A program made the position numbers and the translations under genes. The notes under the pieces were generated by a model. The model saw only the letters and a list, made by a program, of their open reading frames with translations. It did not search any database and was not told the origin of the DNA. A stretch of 32,000 bases of DNA from assembly GCF_049243625.1 (NCBI RefSeq), contig NZ_CP046975.1. The stretch is one strand, 5' to 3'. The DNA comes from Corynebacterium amycolatum (GTDB lineage Bacteria > Actinomycetota > Actinomycetes > Mycobacteriales > Mycobacteriaceae). Positions 1 through 8,428 of this stretch are shown piece by piece (position 1 is the first letter of the stretch; every line of letters begins with the position of its first letter).

Positions 1-576
1 ACCGTCGCCATTGGTTTCGCCGTGCGCTTTAAAGAGTCGATTTACTTCTGGACCGATGAGTTCTTCGCCGGCAACCGCGGTGGCGCCCCGGCTTACGAGG
101 CCAACCAGGCGTTCAGTGGTCTGCTCGCCCGCGCCGGGGTGGAGGGCACTGCGCTCGATATTGGCATCTACGGTTTCTTCCTCTTTGGCGCCATCGCTGC
201 CGCTTTCGTGGCGTGGGTCTACCATCGCGATGGCTATGAGGTCGCAGCCCTCGGTTTCGTCGCGCTGGCGGTCAGCTTTGCTGGACCGTACGCGGTCAGC
301 CACCACTGGTCGATTGTCATGGTCTTTGTGCCGCTGGTGCTCTTCGTCCGCGAGATCGGGAACATCGTTGTCGGCACCTTGTTCATGATCGCCCATTGGT
401 GGGCGCCGTACAAGGTCTTCGTGGGCAACGACTTCGGCCATGCTGCGGGCGTGGGGCAGTGGTTCTACGGCAACATGCAGGGAATCATGGGCGGCGTGCT
501 CTTCTTCACCTGCCTGGGCTACGCAATCTACCTCTGGTACAAACCCAGTCGCGTGCGGGCGCAGGCAGCTGCTTAA
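1..576 (+). CDS. Integral membrane protein, 5'-truncated by the window edge; function not assignable
   Basis: Frame 1 is open from nt 1, with no stop before the GTG at 22 used by the ORF track, and ends at TAA 574-576. The translation has several long hydrophobic segments (IGIYGFFLFGAIAAAFVAWVY, VAALGFVALAVSFAGPYAV, WSIVMVFVPLVLFV, GIMGGVLFFTCLGYAIYLWY). No family was recognised by eye. Confidence 0.55.
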   Translation, partial: TVAIGFAVRFKESIYFWTDEFFAGNRGGAPAYEANQAFSGLLARAGVEGTALDIGIYGFFLFGAIAAAFVAWVYHRDGYEVAALGFVALAVSFAGPYAVSHHWSIVMVFVPLVLFVREIGNIVVGTLFMIAHWWAPYKVFVGNDFGHAAGVGQWFYGNMQGIMGGVLFFTCLGYAIYLWYKPSRVRAQAAA

Positions 577-597
577 CGACGAGCCTGCTTAACGACG
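569..597. repeat. 13-bp direct repeat CTGCTTAACGACG x2 (3-nt spacer) spanning both stop codons of a convergent gene pair
   Basis: The copies are at 569-581 and 585-597. The TTAA of copy 1 contains the plus-strand TAA (574-576). The TTA of copy 2 is the hrpB stop on the minus strand (589-591). Confidence 0.6.
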
Positions 598-3006
598 GCG
601 CTTCGTTCTCGCAGTAGCCTGCTCCTCCCACGGGTTCTCCGGCCACGGATGCTTGGGGTAACGGCCCCGCATCTCGGAGCGAACCTGTGCGTAGGCGCCA
701 TTCCAGAAACTTTCCAAGTCTCCAGTGACCGCGAGTGGTCGCTGAGCCGGTGACAGCAAATGCATTGTCACCGGCTTTTCCAATACCTGCGGGGTCTCCG
801 CCAGGCCAAAGCACTCCTGCAACTTCACAGCCAGGACAATCTGCGCCTCTTCGTCGGTGGGGTCCTCCGGGTACTCCAGGCGAATCTTCGAACCGGATGG
901 GACCTCCAGGCGTTCGGGTACCAGCCGGTCGAAGTCCGTGGCCTCCGGCCAGGGCAGCAGGCGGCGGAGATGCTCGGCATCCAAAGTCGGAGGGGTCGGG
1001 CGGTCCAGCTCGCCAGCGAAGAGGAGCTCGGCCTGGGCCGCAAGCCCTGCGGGGGAGACATCCGGCCATGGGGCACCGCGATGAGTGTGGAGAAAGGCCA
1101 TGCGGCGGCGGAGCTGTTCGGTGTCGCGGTCGAGGTTGGGGCTGGCGTCGGCAAGCGTGCCGGCAAGCCAGGCGGAGTTGGCGGCAATGCACTGCTCGGG
1201 CGTCGGGGAGACCTGGCGGGAGGACAGCTCGATGGCGCCGAGCAGGTCGCGCTCACGGGCGCGAACGCGGCCCTGTTCGACGCGCGCCGTGGTCTCCGTG
1301 CGGACGAGGTGGCCGGCGGCGAGCATGGCGATTTCCATGTCGATTGCCTCGCCGTCGCGGATTAGCGCACGACCGTGGGAGAGCCGCGAGATGTCGGCGG
1401 CCGCGATCCACTCGTGGCCGTGCAAGTCAGAACCGCGGGCGAGTTCCGCTGCGGTGCCGCCGGTGAAGAGGTACTCGTCGGAGTTCACACTGCGCCGTCG
1501 CCCGATGAAATCCGGCCAGGCCAGGGCCGTGACCAGCGCGGGGATGTCCGAGGACAGCAGGTTGGCGGGGGCTTCAGTATCCAGCTCAATGCGGCGCACC
1601 TGCTTGGCCAAGCCGCGGGCATCGGTGAGTTTCTCCACCGCGCGTGCGACCGCGCCGGCGTGCTCCGGCATCATGGCCGTGGCGGTCAGCAGCGCGCGTC
1701 CCATGCGTGGATGCACCGGCAGGGTAGCCAGGGTGCGTCCGAGCTCCGTGATGTCACCGGTCTCATCAACAGCACCCAGGCCAGCGAGAATGCGGTTTGC
1801 AGCCTCCGTGTGGTGGGGTGGTGGGGCGTCGAGAAGCTTGAGTCCCTGCATCCCTGGCGTGCCCCACGCGGCGGCGTCGAGGAGCGCTTGGGTCAGGTCG
1901 GCGACCTCGATTTCCGGCGCGGGCCAGGCGGGAAAGGACGCGAACTCCGACTGAGAGACGCAGCGCACCACGATGCCCGGGCCCTCACGTCCCGCACGGC
2001 CCGCGCGCTGGTTCGCGGAGGACTGCGCACACGAGCTGGTGACCAGGCCGGAGAAGCCACGCGCGATGTCGAGTCGCGGCCCGCGCGTGAGGCAGGCGTC
2101 GACAACGGCGCGCACGCCCGGCACGGTCACGGATGATTCCGCAATCGCGGTGGACACAATCACGCGCCTACCGTCCGCTTGTCGACGGAACACGCGGTCC
2201 TGCTCTTCGGAGCTCTGCTGGCCATGCAGCGTTAGCACTGTCGCATCTGAGGCGTCGGCGATATAGCCTGCGCAGCGTTCCACCTCGCGGATCCCGGGGA
2301 GGAAAACCAGCACATCACCGGCGGCTTCCTCCACCATTGTCCTGGTCTGCGCTGCCACGTGCTGCAGGAAATCGTCGGTCACACCGCGCGCATCCAGCCG
2401 CTGTGGGAAGGGCGAGTAGCGAATATCCAGCGGGTGGATTGCCGCCTCCGCCGCCACAATGGGAGCCGGGGTGGAGCCACCGAGCAAGGCCGCGAACTTC
2501 GGTGCGTCCACCGTCGCAGACATAGCGACAAGGCGCAGGTCATCGCGGATATCCCGCAAGTCGCGCACCATCGCCAACACCAGGTCGGTGTCCAAGCCGC
2601 GCTCGTGCACCTCGTCGATGAGCACCGCGCTGGCATCCACGTCGCCGTCGCGCAGCAGTCGACGCAGCAGCACACCGGGAGTGACAAACTCCACGCGGGT
2701 GGCGCGGGAGACTTTGGCGTCGCCACGCACCGAGTAACCAACTTCCCCACCGAGCTTCGTGCCCGACAGTTGGGCCAACCGCCGCGCCGCCGAGCGCACC
2801 GCCACGCGCCGGGGAGCCGTGACTACAATGCGTCCGCCTAGGGTGTTGGCCACCGCCGGTGGAACCAAAGTGGTCTTGCCGGTACCCGGTGGGGCCTGGA
2901 CTACTACGTCGTGGTCGCGCACGGCATCGGCAAGCGAGGCGAGCTGCGACGCGAACGGCAGGCCTGCAGAAATGTTCTGCAAATTGAACTGGAAATCGGT
3001 GCTCAT
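589..3006 (-). CDS. hrpB: ATP-dependent DEAH-box RNA helicase HrpB
   Basis: ORF 589..3105. Helicase motifs in the translation: QAPPGTGKTT (Walker A), LIDEVHERG (DEVH box), AMSAT, QRAGRAGR (motif VI). A long HrpB-type C-terminal extension follows. I moved the start to ATG 3004-3006 (MSTDFQF...) because the 33 upstream codons would overlap the divergent CDF gene start at 3050. Confidence 0.88.
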   Translation of the reverse strand: MSTDFQFNLQNISAGLPFASQLASLADAVRDHDVVVQAPPGTGKTTLVPPAVANTLGGRIVVTAPRRVAVRSAARRLAQLSGTKLGGEVGYSVRGDAKVSRATRVEFVTPGVLLRRLLRDGDVDASAVLIDEVHERGLDTDLVLAMVRDLRDIRDDLRLVAMSATVDAPKFAALLGGSTPAPIVAAEAAIHPLDIRYSPFPQRLDARGVTDDFLQHVAAQTRTMVEEAAGDVLVFLPGIREVERCAGYIADASDATVLTLHGQQSSEEQDRVFRRQADGRRVIVSTAIAESSVTVPGVRAVVDACLTRGPRLDIARGFSGLVTSSCAQSSANQRAGRAGREGPGIVVRCVSQSEFASFPAWPAPEIEVADLTQALLDAAAWGTPGMQGLKLLDAPPPHHTEAANRILAGLGAVDETGDITELGRTLATLPVHPRMGRALLTATAMMPEHAGAVARAVEKLTDARGLAKQVRRIELDTEAPANLLSSDIPALVTALAWPDFIGRRRSVNSDEYLFTGGTAAELARGSDLHGHEWIAAADISRLSHGRALIRDGEAIDMEIAMLAAGHLVRTETTARVEQGRVRARERDLLGAIELSSRQVSPTPEQCIAANSAWLAGTLADASPNLDRDTEQLRRRMAFLHTHRGAPWPDVSPAGLAAQAELLFAGELDRPTPPTLDAEHLRRLLPWPEATDFDRLVPERLEVPSGSKIRLEYPEDPTDEEAQIVLAVKLQECFGLAETPQVLEKPVTMHLLSPAQRPLAVTGDLESFWNGAYAQVRSEMRGRYPKHPWPENPWEEQATARTKRRR

Positions 3007-3049
3007 AGAACTGGTAGTAACTCCGGACAGGCGGGTAAAGTGCCCGCAT

Positions 3050-3943
3050 ATGCAGGACTTATCTCGTTTTGGTTGGCTTTCAGTGGGGGCGGCGGTCGTC
3101 ACCATCGCGCTGAAGTTTTGGGGCTACACTCTAACCGGATCGGTGGGCCTGCTTTCCGACGCGACGGAGTCGATTGTCAATCTGGTTGCGGCAGTTGTCG
3201 CAATTATTGTGCTCAAGGTTATCGCGCGGCCCGCGGACCGCGACCATGAGTTCGGCCATTCCAAGGCAGAGTACTTCTCGGCCGGGCTGGAAGGTGCCAT
3301 GATCTTCGTGGCGGCGGCGGCGATTATTTATGTCTCTATCGAGCGTTTGGTGCACCCGCAGCCGATTGAGCAGATCGGCCTGGGCCTCATCGTGACCGTG
3401 ATTGCCTCGGTGGTTAATGGTGCGGTGGCGCTGATTCTGCTTAGGGCCGGGCGTCAGCATAACTCCCTGGCGCTGACCGCCGACGGCAAGCATCTTATGA
3501 CCGATGTGTGGACCTCCGCCGGTGTTCTGGCGGGTGTGGCTCTGGTGTGGATTACTGGCCTGTGGTGGCTCGACCCGATTATCGCGCTGGCGGTGGCCGT
3601 AAACATCCTGGTCACCGGTTTCAAGCTGCTGCGCGATTCCGGTAACGGCCTGATGGACAAGGCCATGGAGGGCGAGGACCGCGTGGCGGTGGACGAGATT
3701 TTGGCCTCGCACCGCAATCGGAGTCGGGGCATTGACGTTCACGAGATTCGCACTCGTGTGTCGGGGCATCAGCAGTTCATTGAGTTCCATGTGCTGGTGC
3801 CGGGCGCGTGGAGCGTCGAGCGCGGCCACGATGTGCTCACTGCGATGGAGGATGAGCTGCGGGAGCGCTTCCCGGGTGTGCATATTTCCTCGCATCTGGA
3901 GCCGATCGAGGACGAACGCGCCTATGGGGATGTGCAGTTGTAA
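3050..3943 (+). CDS. Cation diffusion facilitator (CDF) family divalent-metal efflux transporter
   Basis: ORF 2759..3943. The CDF-like sequence begins at ATG 3050 (MQDLSRFGWLSVGAAVVTIALKFWGY...LLSDATESIVNL). It has six hydrophobic helices, HEFGHSKAEY and HLMTDVWTS (HxxxD-type) motifs, and a C-terminal cytoplasmic domain. The upstream part of the ORF is antisense to hrpB and Arg/Ala-rich, so it is probably not coding. Confidence 0.85.
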   Translation: MQDLSRFGWLSVGAAVVTIALKFWGYTLTGSVGLLSDATESIVNLVAAVVAIIVLKVIARPADRDHEFGHSKAEYFSAGLEGAMIFVAAAAIIYVSIERLVHPQPIEQIGLGLIVTVIASVVNGAVALILLRAGRQHNSLALTADGKHLMTDVWTSAGVLAGVALVWITGLWWLDPIIALAVAVNILVTGFKLLRDSGNGLMDKAMEGEDRVAVDEILASHRNRSRGIDVHEIRTRVSGHQQFIEFHVLVPGAWSVERGHDVLTAMEDELRERFPGVHISSHLEPIEDERAYGDVQL

Positions 3944-3998
3944 CGCGCGTGAGGCAAATTCCACGAAAGCGCTGAAAGTGATGAGCCTTACACTTTAA

Positions 3999-4016
3999 GA
4001 TTGTGTATACAAAATC
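3999..4016. promoter_or_regulatory. 18-bp near-palindrome GATTGTGTATACAAAATC (core TGTATACA) 37 nt upstream of the hydrolase-fold gene; candidate operator
   Basis: 16 of 18 positions are self-complementary, with one mismatched pair. It is centred in the AT-rich intergenic region 3944-4052. Confidence 0.3.
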
Positions 4017-4052
4017 ATGCACTTGTTAAGTCCACTCGAAGGAACTGCATAA

Positions 4053-5000
4053 ATGACCTCCGAAGCCTCAACCACTTCCACTGGAATTAGCCGTTTTTCC
4101 GCGAAGAGCCCGAAGTTGCCGGAGCCGTGCCCTCGGCAGGACATCATTATCCCGGCTAATGACCGCGTCCTGCTGCGCGGAACCATGTTCCGCCCGAAGG
4201 AGAACCCAGAGAACATTCCCAACGGCATCATCACCGTTCACTCCGGTACCGGTGTGCCGCAGGGTTTCTACCACCGTTTCGCTGAGACCGTGGCAGAAAA
4301 GGGCTACGGCGTTATCACCTATGACTACCGCGGAATTGGCCAGTCCGCTCTGAAGACTGACCAGAACAATGAAGACATCCGGATGTCGGACTGGATTACC
4401 AAGGATATTCCGGGTGTGATCGAGTGGGCCAAGGAGACCTACCCGGACGTGCCGCACTTCGCTGTCGGCCACGCGGTTGGTGGTCACGGCATCGCCTACG
4501 CCGGCTCCGAGGGCACCTATGACGCAGCAGCACTGGTCAACTGCCGCGGTATGCGTATTTCCAAGGTGCCGTCCGTGGCGGGCAAGGTCCGCGCATTCTT
4601 CATCTTTAACATTCTGGGCCCGATAAGCGGTTTCATTACTGGCCACATTCCGGCGTCGGCGTGGCGTCTGGCTGTTGAACCGCCGAACGGTGTCATGCGT
4701 CAGTGGGCGCGCTGGGCTCGCAAGGAAGGCTACTTCTTCGACGATTCCGAGTTTGACTTCGCTAATCGCTTCTCCAAGGCTCCGCAGCCGTTCCTGTCCA
4801 TCCGCGTTCCGGATGATTACTGGACTGAGGAGTCCTCGGCAGACCTGATTACCAATGTGATGAGCTCTGCTGAAAAGATTGAAAAGCGTCAGGCTCAGCC
4901 GGCTGGCGGCAAGGGTGTGGGGTACGGTGGTTACTTCCGCTCCGGTCACGAGAAGGAGTGGGACGAGCTGCTGGACTGGTTCCAGACCAACAAGGACTAA
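4053..5000 (+). CDS. Alpha/beta-hydrolase-fold protein; the nucleophile-elbow position reads GHAVGG rather than GHSxGG
   Basis: 315-aa ORF. Alpha/beta-fold landmarks: ITVHSGTGV....YDYRGIGQS, followed about 65 aa later by the elbow AVGHAVGGHGIA. An AT-rich promoter region lies upstream. Confidence 0.65.
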   Translation: MTSEASTTSTGISRFSAKSPKLPEPCPRQDIIIPANDRVLLRGTMFRPKENPENIPNGIITVHSGTGVPQGFYHRFAETVAEKGYGVITYDYRGIGQSALKTDQNNEDIRMSDWITKDIPGVIEWAKETYPDVPHFAVGHAVGGHGIAYAGSEGTYDAAALVNCRGMRISKVPSVAGKVRAFFIFNILGPISGFITGHIPASAWRLAVEPPNGVMRQWARWARKEGYFFDDSEFDFANRFSKAPQPFLSIRVPDDYWTEESSADLITNVMSSAEKIEKRQAQPAGGKGVGYGGYFRSGHEKEWDELLDWFQTNKD

Positions 5001-5012
5001 GTAGGAGGTTTC

Positions 5013-5513
5013 ATGGTGATTGCCAAGGTGGAAACGCCCTTCGGTGCGCTTGGAATCGCCACCTCCGCTCGCGGGGTCGTCGAAGTCAATCTCTTAGGTC
5101 CCGTGCTTGACGACGACCCCAGCGCCGCCGACCCCGAAGCGCAGGCGGTGGCGGAACTGGCGGCGCAGCAGTTCCGCGAGTATTTTGCCGGGCAGCGCCG
5201 TGAGTTTGCGCTGCCGCTGGACTGCGACGTATTCACGCAGGATTCTTTCCGCGCTCGTGCTCTGACCGCACTGCGCGATGTGCCGTATGGCCAGGTTGTG
5301 ACCTATGGCGAGCTTGCCGAGATGGCCGGCTCACCCCGTGCCGCCAGGGCTGCCGGGTCGGCCTGTGCCACCAATCCGCTGGGTATTCTGATTCCCTGTC
5401 ACCGCGTGGTGCCCGCCAGTGGGGGAGCGGGATCTTTCGGTGCCTATGCCGGTGGCCGTGAAATGAAGCGCTGGCTACTCGAACTCGAAGGTTGGCCACC
5501 CGCTAATCTCTAA
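5013..5513 (+). CDS. ogt: Methylated-DNA--protein-cysteine S-methyltransferase (Ogt/MGMT)
   Basis: The active-site motif IPCHRVV is in the translation, together with an MGMT-type helix-turn-helix region (YGELAEMAGSPRAARAAGSA). An AGGAGG Shine-Dalgarno sits at 5002-5007. Confidence 0.9.
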   Translation: MVIAKVETPFGALGIATSARGVVEVNLLGPVLDDDPSAADPEAQAVAELAAQQFREYFAGQRREFALPLDCDVFTQDSFRARALTALRDVPYGQVVTYGELAEMAGSPRAARAAGSACATNPLGILIPCHRVVPASGGAGSFGAYAGGREMKRWLLELEGWPPANL

Positions 5514-5516
5514 TGC

Positions 5517-6179
5517 ATGACTTCACATTCTCCGCGCGACCAGTTCGCCACCGAATTTGAGAACATCGTCCGCAACCGTCGTGCCACACGCGTCTATGCG
5601 GACGAACCTCTTGACGACGCTGACGTGCGCCGCCTCCTGGAGCTATCTTTGGAAGCTCCCAGCGCCTTTAACATTCAGTCCCGCGCGATTGTGCGTATCG
5701 AGGACCCTGAGGTGCGTCAGAAGGTAGTGGAAGCTGCCGGTGGTCAGAAGCAGGTTGCCAATGCGCCGCTGCTACTCGCTTTCATTGGTGAGCCGACCGG
5801 CTGGAAGCGCGGTATTCCGCGCCTGGTTGAGACCAACAAGGCCACTGGCCTGTGGGACAAAGTTGCCGCCGCTGAGCGGGAGGCCTCGATGACCTCCTTC
5901 CATGAGGCCCGCGAGAAAAAGGGTCTCTCCCGCGAGTTCGCAATCCGCGACGCCATGATTGCCGCTTCTTTCGCTATGGTCACTGCCAGCGCCTTTGGTT
6001 GGGCTAGCTCCCCGATGACGGGCTTTAGTGAGCAGAAGGTCAAGGAAGCTATCGGTGCCGGTGACACCGATGTGGCGGTAGCGCTGTTGCTGGCCATCGG
6101 TGTCCCGGGTGAGTTCCCGGCTCACCCGGGCCGTTTCGAGTTCGAGCAGCGCGTCTACACCGACCGCTACGAGGGGTAG
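5517..6179 (+). CDS. Nitroreductase-family FMN oxidoreductase
   Basis: 220 aa. The N-terminal RRATRVY motif and the overall pattern (PSAFNIQ...) fit the nitroreductase fold. The start is 3 nt after the ogt stop, so it is probably co-transcribed. Confidence 0.8.
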   Translation: MTSHSPRDQFATEFENIVRNRRATRVYADEPLDDADVRRLLELSLEAPSAFNIQSRAIVRIEDPEVRQKVVEAAGGQKQVANAPLLLAFIGEPTGWKRGIPRLVETNKATGLWDKVAAAEREASMTSFHEAREKKGLSREFAIRDAMIAASFAMVTASAFGWASSPMTGFSEQKVKEAIGAGDTDVAVALLLAIGVPGEFPAHPGRFEFEQRVYTDRYEG

Positions 6180-6184
6180 CAGCC

Positions 6185-8245
6185 CTACAGCGCGAGCGCT
6201 ACCTCGACGGCCTGGCGAATGGCACGCTTTGCGTCCAGCTCAGCGGCCACGTCTGCACCGCCGATGATGGTGACATTGGAGTTCTCGCCGGTGACGCTTT
6301 CGCGATCCTTGTCGCCCAGGCAGTCCAGATTGGATACCTGTCCAGTACAGACAATCACGTTGTCAACTGCGATGACCTGTGGCTTTTCATCGATGGTGAT
6401 GTGTAGACCCTCGTCATCGATACGGTTGTAGGTGACGCCGGTGTACTGCTTGACACCGGCCTTCTTAATCTCCGCACGGTGAACCCAACCAGTGGTCTTG
6501 CCCAGGCCCTTGCCGATGCGGGAGGTCTTGCGCTGCAGCAGGTGCACCTCGCGCTCGACCTCAAACTCCTCAGCTGCGCCAGAGACCGTGCCCGGCTTGG
6601 TCAGACCCGCGCGGAACTCCGCTGGGTCACCGACGCCCCAGGCGTCCTTCCAGGCCTCGATGGTCTGGTTCGGCTTGCGCGTGAGGTACTCACACACGTC
6701 CACACCGATACCACCAGCACCGATGACGGCCACCTTGTTACCGGCCTGCTTCGCACCCGAGAGCAGCTCGTCGTAGCGAATGACCTTCTCGTGGTCGATA
6801 CCGTCAATGCCCGGGATTCGTGGGGTGACACCCGTGGCCACAATCACGTGGTCAAACTTGGTCTTGAGCTCGTCGACGTCGGCACGCGTGTTCAGGTGAA
6901 CCGGAACTTCGAGCACCTCCAGGCGACGTGAGAAGTACTTCAGCGTCTCGCCGTAGTCCTCCTTGCCCGGAATCTGTGCGGCGAGGTTGAACTGGCCACC
7001 AATCTGATCGGCGGCCTCGAAAATCTCCGGCTGGTGACCGCGCTGAGCTGCGGCTTCCGCGAAAGCGAGTCCAGCCACACCAGCGCCGATGACGGCGACG
7101 CGCTTGGCCTTGTCCTTCGCAACCGGCACGGATACCAGCTCGGTTTCGTAAGCCGCCTTCGGGTTGACCAAACAGGTGGAGCGCTTGGCCGCGAAGGTGT
7201 GGTCCAGGCAGGCCTGGTTACAGGCGATACAGGTGTTGATCTGGTCAGCTCGACCATCGCCCGCCTTGATGGCGAAGTCCGGGTCAGCCAGCAGTGGGCG
7301 GGCCATGGAAATCAGGTCCGCATTGCCGTCAGCGAGGATCTTCTCCGCAACCTCAGGGCGGTTGATTCGGTTGGAGGCTGCGATCGGGACGTCGACAAGC
7401 GAACGGAGACGACCAGTCAGATCCGTGAATGCGGCGCGCGGCACGGACGTAACGATGGTGGGGACGCGTGCTTCGTGCCAGCCGATGCCGGTGTTGAAGA
7501 CATCGACGCCAGCCTCGACCAGACGCTGCGCGAGTTCAGTGGTCTCGGACCAGGTCTGGCCGTCTTCCACCAGGTCAAGCAGCGAAATGCGGTACTGAAG
7601 CAGGAAGTCCTCGCCCACTTCGGCGCGAATGCGGCGAACAATTTCGATGGGCAGACGCATGCGAGCCTCGGCGCTGCCGCCCCAGTTGTCCGAGCGGTGG
7701 TTAGTGCGCTCGGCCAGGAATTGGTTGAGCAGGTAACCCTCGGAGCCCATAACCTCAATGCCGTCGTAACCAGCGCGTTTCGCGAGCTTCGCGGCGCGAA
7801 CATAAGCGCCAATGGTGCGTGAGACATCAAAGCCGGTGAGGCGATGAGCCTTAAACGGGCTAATCGGTGACTGACCGGTATTGGCGGAGCGAGCCAGCGG
7901 GCTGTAGCTGTAACGACCGGCGTGCAGCACCTGCAGCACGATGTGGCTGCCGTGGGAGTGCACGAGGTCAGTAACGCGGCGGTGATTGTCCGCCATGCGC
8001 TTCGACGCCATCATCGAACCGGCCGGAGTCAGCCAACCCTCGATGTTGGGAGCATAACCGCCGGTGACGATGAGTCCCACGCCACCTTCGGCACGCCGAC
8101 CCAGATAGGCAGCCAGCTTGGGGATATCACGGGTGCGATCTTCCAGACCGGAGTGCATTGAACCCATGATGATGCGATTGCGCAGAGTTAGAGGACCGAC
8201 GTCGAGAGAGGAGAGAAGATGTGGGAAGTGAGGCTGGTCAGACAT
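6185..8245 (-). CDS. fadH: NADPH-dependent 2,4-dienoyl-CoA reductase
   Basis: 686 aa. It has an N-terminal OYE-type FMN barrel (LRNRIIMGSMHSGLE), a Cys cluster CIACNQACLDH (4Fe-4S), and two Rossmann GxGxxG motifs (VAVIGAGVAGLAFA, VAVIGAGGIGVDV). This architecture matches E. coli FadH. Confidence 0.9.
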   Translation of the reverse strand: MSDQPHFPHLLSSLDVGPLTLRNRIIMGSMHSGLEDRTRDIPKLAAYLGRRAEGGVGLIVTGGYAPNIEGWLTPAGSMMASKRMADNHRRVTDLVHSHGSHIVLQVLHAGRYSYSPLARSANTGQSPISPFKAHRLTGFDVSRTIGAYVRAAKLAKRAGYDGIEVMGSEGYLLNQFLAERTNHRSDNWGGSAEARMRLPIEIVRRIRAEVGEDFLLQYRISLLDLVEDGQTWSETTELAQRLVEAGVDVFNTGIGWHEARVPTIVTSVPRAAFTDLTGRLRSLVDVPIAASNRINRPEVAEKILADGNADLISMARPLLADPDFAIKAGDGRADQINTCIACNQACLDHTFAAKRSTCLVNPKAAYETELVSVPVAKDKAKRVAVIGAGVAGLAFAEAAAQRGHQPEIFEAADQIGGQFNLAAQIPGKEDYGETLKYFSRRLEVLEVPVHLNTRADVDELKTKFDHVIVATGVTPRIPGIDGIDHEKVIRYDELLSGAKQAGNKVAVIGAGGIGVDVCEYLTRKPNQTIEAWKDAWGVGDPAEFRAGLTKPGTVSGAAEEFEVEREVHLLQRKTSRIGKGLGKTTGWVHRAEIKKAGVKQYTGVTYNRIDDEGLHITIDEKPQVIAVDNVIVCTGQVSNLDCLGDKDRESVTGENSNVTIIGGADVAAELDAKRAIRQAVEVALAL

Positions 8246-8428
8246 GCAACCAGTATCGCGGTTTTAACGGCTGTGCATGCGGTGAATCGGAAAAATTTTT
8301 GCACAGTTTTATATACGTTTCACGTGGAACATCAGGTGTAAAGCACACGCAGTCTTCGGCGGAGGAAGGTGTCCTATGACTACAGTCGGGGATATCAGTA
8401 GACGCATGTAGCAAGGAGTTGAGCCCTC

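Noticed and set aside
506-2841. Multiple 100-290-aa ORFs on both strands overlapping hrpB (e.g. 506..1192, 735..1466, 1085..1954, 1375..2136)
   Set aside because: All overlap the helicase frame, which carries complete DEAH motifs. Their products are Arg/Pro/Gly-rich nonsense typical of off-frame translation of GC-rich DNA.
2759-3105. Longest-ORF starts for the CDF gene (2759) and hrpB (3105) that would make the two divergent genes overlap by about 350 nt
   Set aside because: Family-like sequence begins at ATG 3050 (CDF) and ATG 3006 (hrpB). The extensions are antisense to the neighbouring gene and compositionally aberrant.
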